Assembly: GCF_963853765.1 (NCBI RefSeq)
Contig: NC_088858.1
Coordinates: 51,150,001-51,214,000 of the forward strand
DNA: 64,000 nt
Origin: Magallana gigas
Lineage: Eukaryota
Direction of reading: 5' to 3'
Shown here: positions 60,817 to 64,000 of the stretch, piece by piece
Numbering within the stretch: position 1 is the stretch's first letter
Layout: each line of letters opens with the position of its first letter
Position numbers and translations under genes: made by a program
Notes under the pieces: generated by a model
Database searches by the model: none
The model's input: the letters and a program-made list of their open reading frames with translations, nothing else
Told to the model about the DNA's origin: nothing

Positions 60817-63800
60817 ACACTGAGTGTAACAATAAGTTAGGACTAGAGAATGGGGCCATTACGGATGACATGATATCTGTGTCCTCCTCAAAGACTGGAA
60901 AAAGCAAGAATAAAGTCCGGTATGATTGTTGTGCTGGTAAGCTTTCAATGTATGATTTTTGTACAAATTTTGATTGAAAAGAAATTACTGTAAATTTTTA
61001 AAGTAATCTCTTACATTTATTTCTTAAGAGAATATTTCATTTTGGTTCTAACTCAACGGTTGTAGTTCAATTTGAAAAATGTTTTAAACTTTCTTTAACG
61101 TATTACCTTATTGAATTGAATTGTTTATTTCGTCTGTGTGTATATATAAATATTGTTCTGCTTTAGTTAAGTTACTAGATAGAAATGTATTGGACCGCCA
61201 GTAAATAGTTCGTGAATATCGATTGCGACTGTTTCGTGATAAATAGAGTTTAAAATACAATGTTGCTAATTGTTTATATTTACATAATAGAAGACAGAAA
61301 TTTCTTCGTAGGACTCTACAGAATTTGCATAAAACTGTCAACAAAAAGGGTTAAGAAACACTGTAAATTTAAAAAACAATGAAGTAGAATTTCCTTAAAG
61401 ACACACACACACACACACCATAAAGAAAAGTCATTGTTACCTGCATTAAAAAGCAAATACAAAAGTGTTTAATACGAAATAAATCAAATAATATGATAGA
61501 GCAATAGAAACAATGTTATAATAAAGGATGATAGCATTGTAGAAACGCAGTTTGCAAAATACGCACTTTAAAAAATATATGCGTAAATGATTTGACAAAT
61601 TCAACATAGTTCTATTTTTTAACCAAAGTCTGTTATGAATGTAGATTTGTGACTCAGTTTAAGATTAATTTTGTTACTGCAAATTAGTAAGAAAAGGCAT
61701 CTGTTGGTTTTAATTCGCCTGGACAGTTAAAAGGGATGATTATGCCCCGGTGTCTTGTCCATTCTACTAGGATTACAGAAGAATGGAAGAAAAACTTGTT
61801 ATAGTCATAGCCTGCTACAAACCAAGCATTCCGGAATATCCAATATCTGCTGTTCACTAACATTTTGATATATGCCTTGAGATGATCGATTATAAAACTC
61901 TGGATTCATTTGCTTGTTAGGGAAGCTATGTTCGAAAGGCGACTGATTTATCCCCCTAACATGTTATAGTCATAGTGTCTATACATACTGCTATCAGCAT
62001 GCAAAGTCACTCACAGCCAAGGGTGGGTTGCGATCAGTAGATATGCCCATTTTATTTATGTTTTAAATCATGTAGGGTTTGTCAAATGCAGAGAGAGAAT
62101 ATTCTTAAGATTCTTATAATGCCAAGCAACAATATATTCGAAAAGCATCTTTACCTTCACAAGTCTGTCTGACATTGATACCTTAAGATCAGACCATATC
62201 ATCTCCATTCCATTTTCTTAGGATGCATGGATTATCGATGGGAATATCAACACATTCTAGTATATATCCATGAATATGTCCATCTGCATTTGCAGCTATG
62301 ATCTTAAAATTCTTTCAAAATTTGCATGTACGTAATTTCATAGATCAAAGTAGCAGCTTTCTCCATCATTTTAAAATTTTACACAAAGTGTGTAAGCAGC
62401 ATCTCCAAATAATCAATAACTTTCTGGTAATGTCAGTCAAAGACTTTAGACACCAAACATAAAAACATAGATGTATGATATTGCATATGCCTTCTTGAAA
62501 GAATTGAACGTCCCTGAAATGTGAAAAATGAAAAGATTTAAAATTTCAATATCAACAATTCATCCTGTGAAATATTTGTTGTCTTTTCAATTGTTTAATT
62601 TTGATCCTATTAATTTAATTTGATCCATTGATTGTGATGGCTACGAATACAATAATAAGATTCCGTAAAACAAATGGTCAAGCACGCCAAGGGTCTATAA
62701 AGTATGGAAAATATCCATTCTCAAAATAACTATAGTTGCAAAATCGTCTTAATAAGCAGTTTAAATATAAAAGTTCTATATGCATCATTTAGAATTTGCT
62801 TCCTTCTTTTTTCGTAAAAAAGCAGTTTAAATATAAAAGCTCTATATGCATCATTTAGAATTTGCTTCCTTCTTTTTCGTAAAAAAGCAGTTTAAATATA
62901 AAAGCTCTATATGCATCATTTAAAATTGGCGTCCTTCTTTTTTCGTCAATAAAAAATACTAATAGTTTAATAAAAATTTGCCCTTAACCATCGCTTTACA
63001 AAAAGGTATATGATCAGTCCTGAACAGATCAAATGTAGTTTTGTATATTTTATTTATGTTAATAAGCTTGCCTTCGGTGATATTCGGTGAAGAGTTGTGG
63101 TTGCCTTTAAGATATACGTGAACGTCTAGATTCTTTTTATGCAAAGGAGAAGACAATGGAACATGGTGTCCAGAATCTAGTGACAAGAATTTAAATTGAG
63201 AAGTAAGATTTCCTCGACTAATGGCTGTGTCAGGCCTTAACTTCGAACACCCAAGTCAGAAAGATGTATACACCTACCCAAACATGTACATGAAGACTTT
63301 ACAGCTTAAGTTTATTTCCGCTTTAGATCCTCTTCGAGAGTGGAGAAGTTATACAAAGGTAAAAGAAAGCTTCGAGATTATCTGATGTTTTTATTTCTGT
63401 GTTTTATTCTAGATTTTCTGTCATTTGATTGTCTTCTTATATTGCAAAGTAAAAAGTCTATGAAACGAAAAATCGTCGAAAATGATAAATGATTAACGTG
63501 CAACGTCGTTATGCATTGTTTTAAAGAATATTCTGTAAAGCGTCGAAATGTTGAGAGAATCAAATGCCCGTACTCAATTAATCTTTTGTTTTCTAATTTT
63601 TGCATACTTTCTATTTCTTTAGTTGATGGACTAAGGTGTTTTTAAATAAATATTTTATAAACCAAATTAAATAGTACTTCAGATATCTATGTCTTACAGG
63701 GCCTTCCGTCAATATACAACTCTACTATTTTCTACAATATTGGAGTAGACCAAATTGAATATATGGTGACCGATGTAATTAGAATTTATCCAGAGACCTG

Positions 63801-63850
63801 TGAGGGATTAGCCTGGTTTAGGATGGAGATAATCGGTTGTGATCCAAAAG
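60817..63850 (+). CDS. F5/8 type C (discoidin) domain gene, partial; carries an in-frame TGA (possible pseudogene or null allele)
   Basis: Exons 60817-60919 (DTECNNKLGLENGAITDDMISVSS), 63130-63358 (alternative acceptor at 63146; GTWCPESSDKNLN*EVRFP...EWRSYTK) and 63700-63850 (VIRIYPETCEGLAWFRMEIIGC). The phases join. Stop codon at 63197-63199. The gene continues beyond the window; a candidate first exon is 56714-56824. Confidence 0.8.
62754..62947. repeat. Tandem repeat, 3 x 65-66 bp
   Basis: AAGCAGTTTAAATATAAAAG(T/C)TCTATATGCATCATTT starts at 62754, 62820 and 62885; intronic. Confidence 0.93.
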
Positions 63851-64000
63851 GTGACTTAAAAATTCTTTGACCTAAGTACTTTCATCAGGAACTTCAGGAC
63901 AGTATCCCCCTCCACCCGCCCAGATATTTAGAAATCCGATGTACTTGATTTTTTTACGATTGAATTTCTTTGTTTTAAAGCACATGTGCTTTAATTAAGG

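Noticed and set aside
61700-61870. Possible extra discoidin exon (AWTVKRDDYAP)
   Set aside because: An in-frame TAA lies immediately upstream with no usable acceptor, and the flanking exons already join in phase without it.
63197-63199. TGA as selenocysteine
   Set aside because: The position aligns to a hydrophobic residue rather than Cys. The 3'UTR where a SECIS would lie is outside the window, so there is no supporting evidence.

Overview
AT-rich eukaryotic genomic DNA with spliceosomal introns. The gene content and repeat types point to a bivalve mollusc, most likely an oyster (inferred, not verified). I rebuilt eight complete or near-complete genes by hand from splice sites and reading frames. 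In order: (1) a 1291-aa Cys-rich-ectodomain class-B/adhesion-like 7TM receptor (-); (2) a secreted cyclophilin with an altered active site (-); (3) C1orf43/NICE-3 (-); (4) a KLF9/13-type zinc-finger factor (+); (5) KRTCAP2 (+), which has a textbook U12-type intron; (6) an alpha-arrestin/ARRDC (+); (7) TMEM196 (-), with a probable alternative last exon; (8) an intronless non-alpha nicotinic-receptor-like subunit (-). A partial F5/8 type C (discoidin) domain gene (+) carries an in-frame TGA and runs off the right end. The stretch from about 41 to 50 kb is a repeat cluster: Helentron/Helitron-like elements, tandem arrays, tRNA-like structures, a frameshifted RecQ helicase remnant and a Kolobok-type element with a TTAA duplication. 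No prokaryotic features or CRISPR arrays are present. I found no clearly new multi-gene system. The best leads are divergent proteins, splicing oddities and strong DNA/RNA secondary structures.
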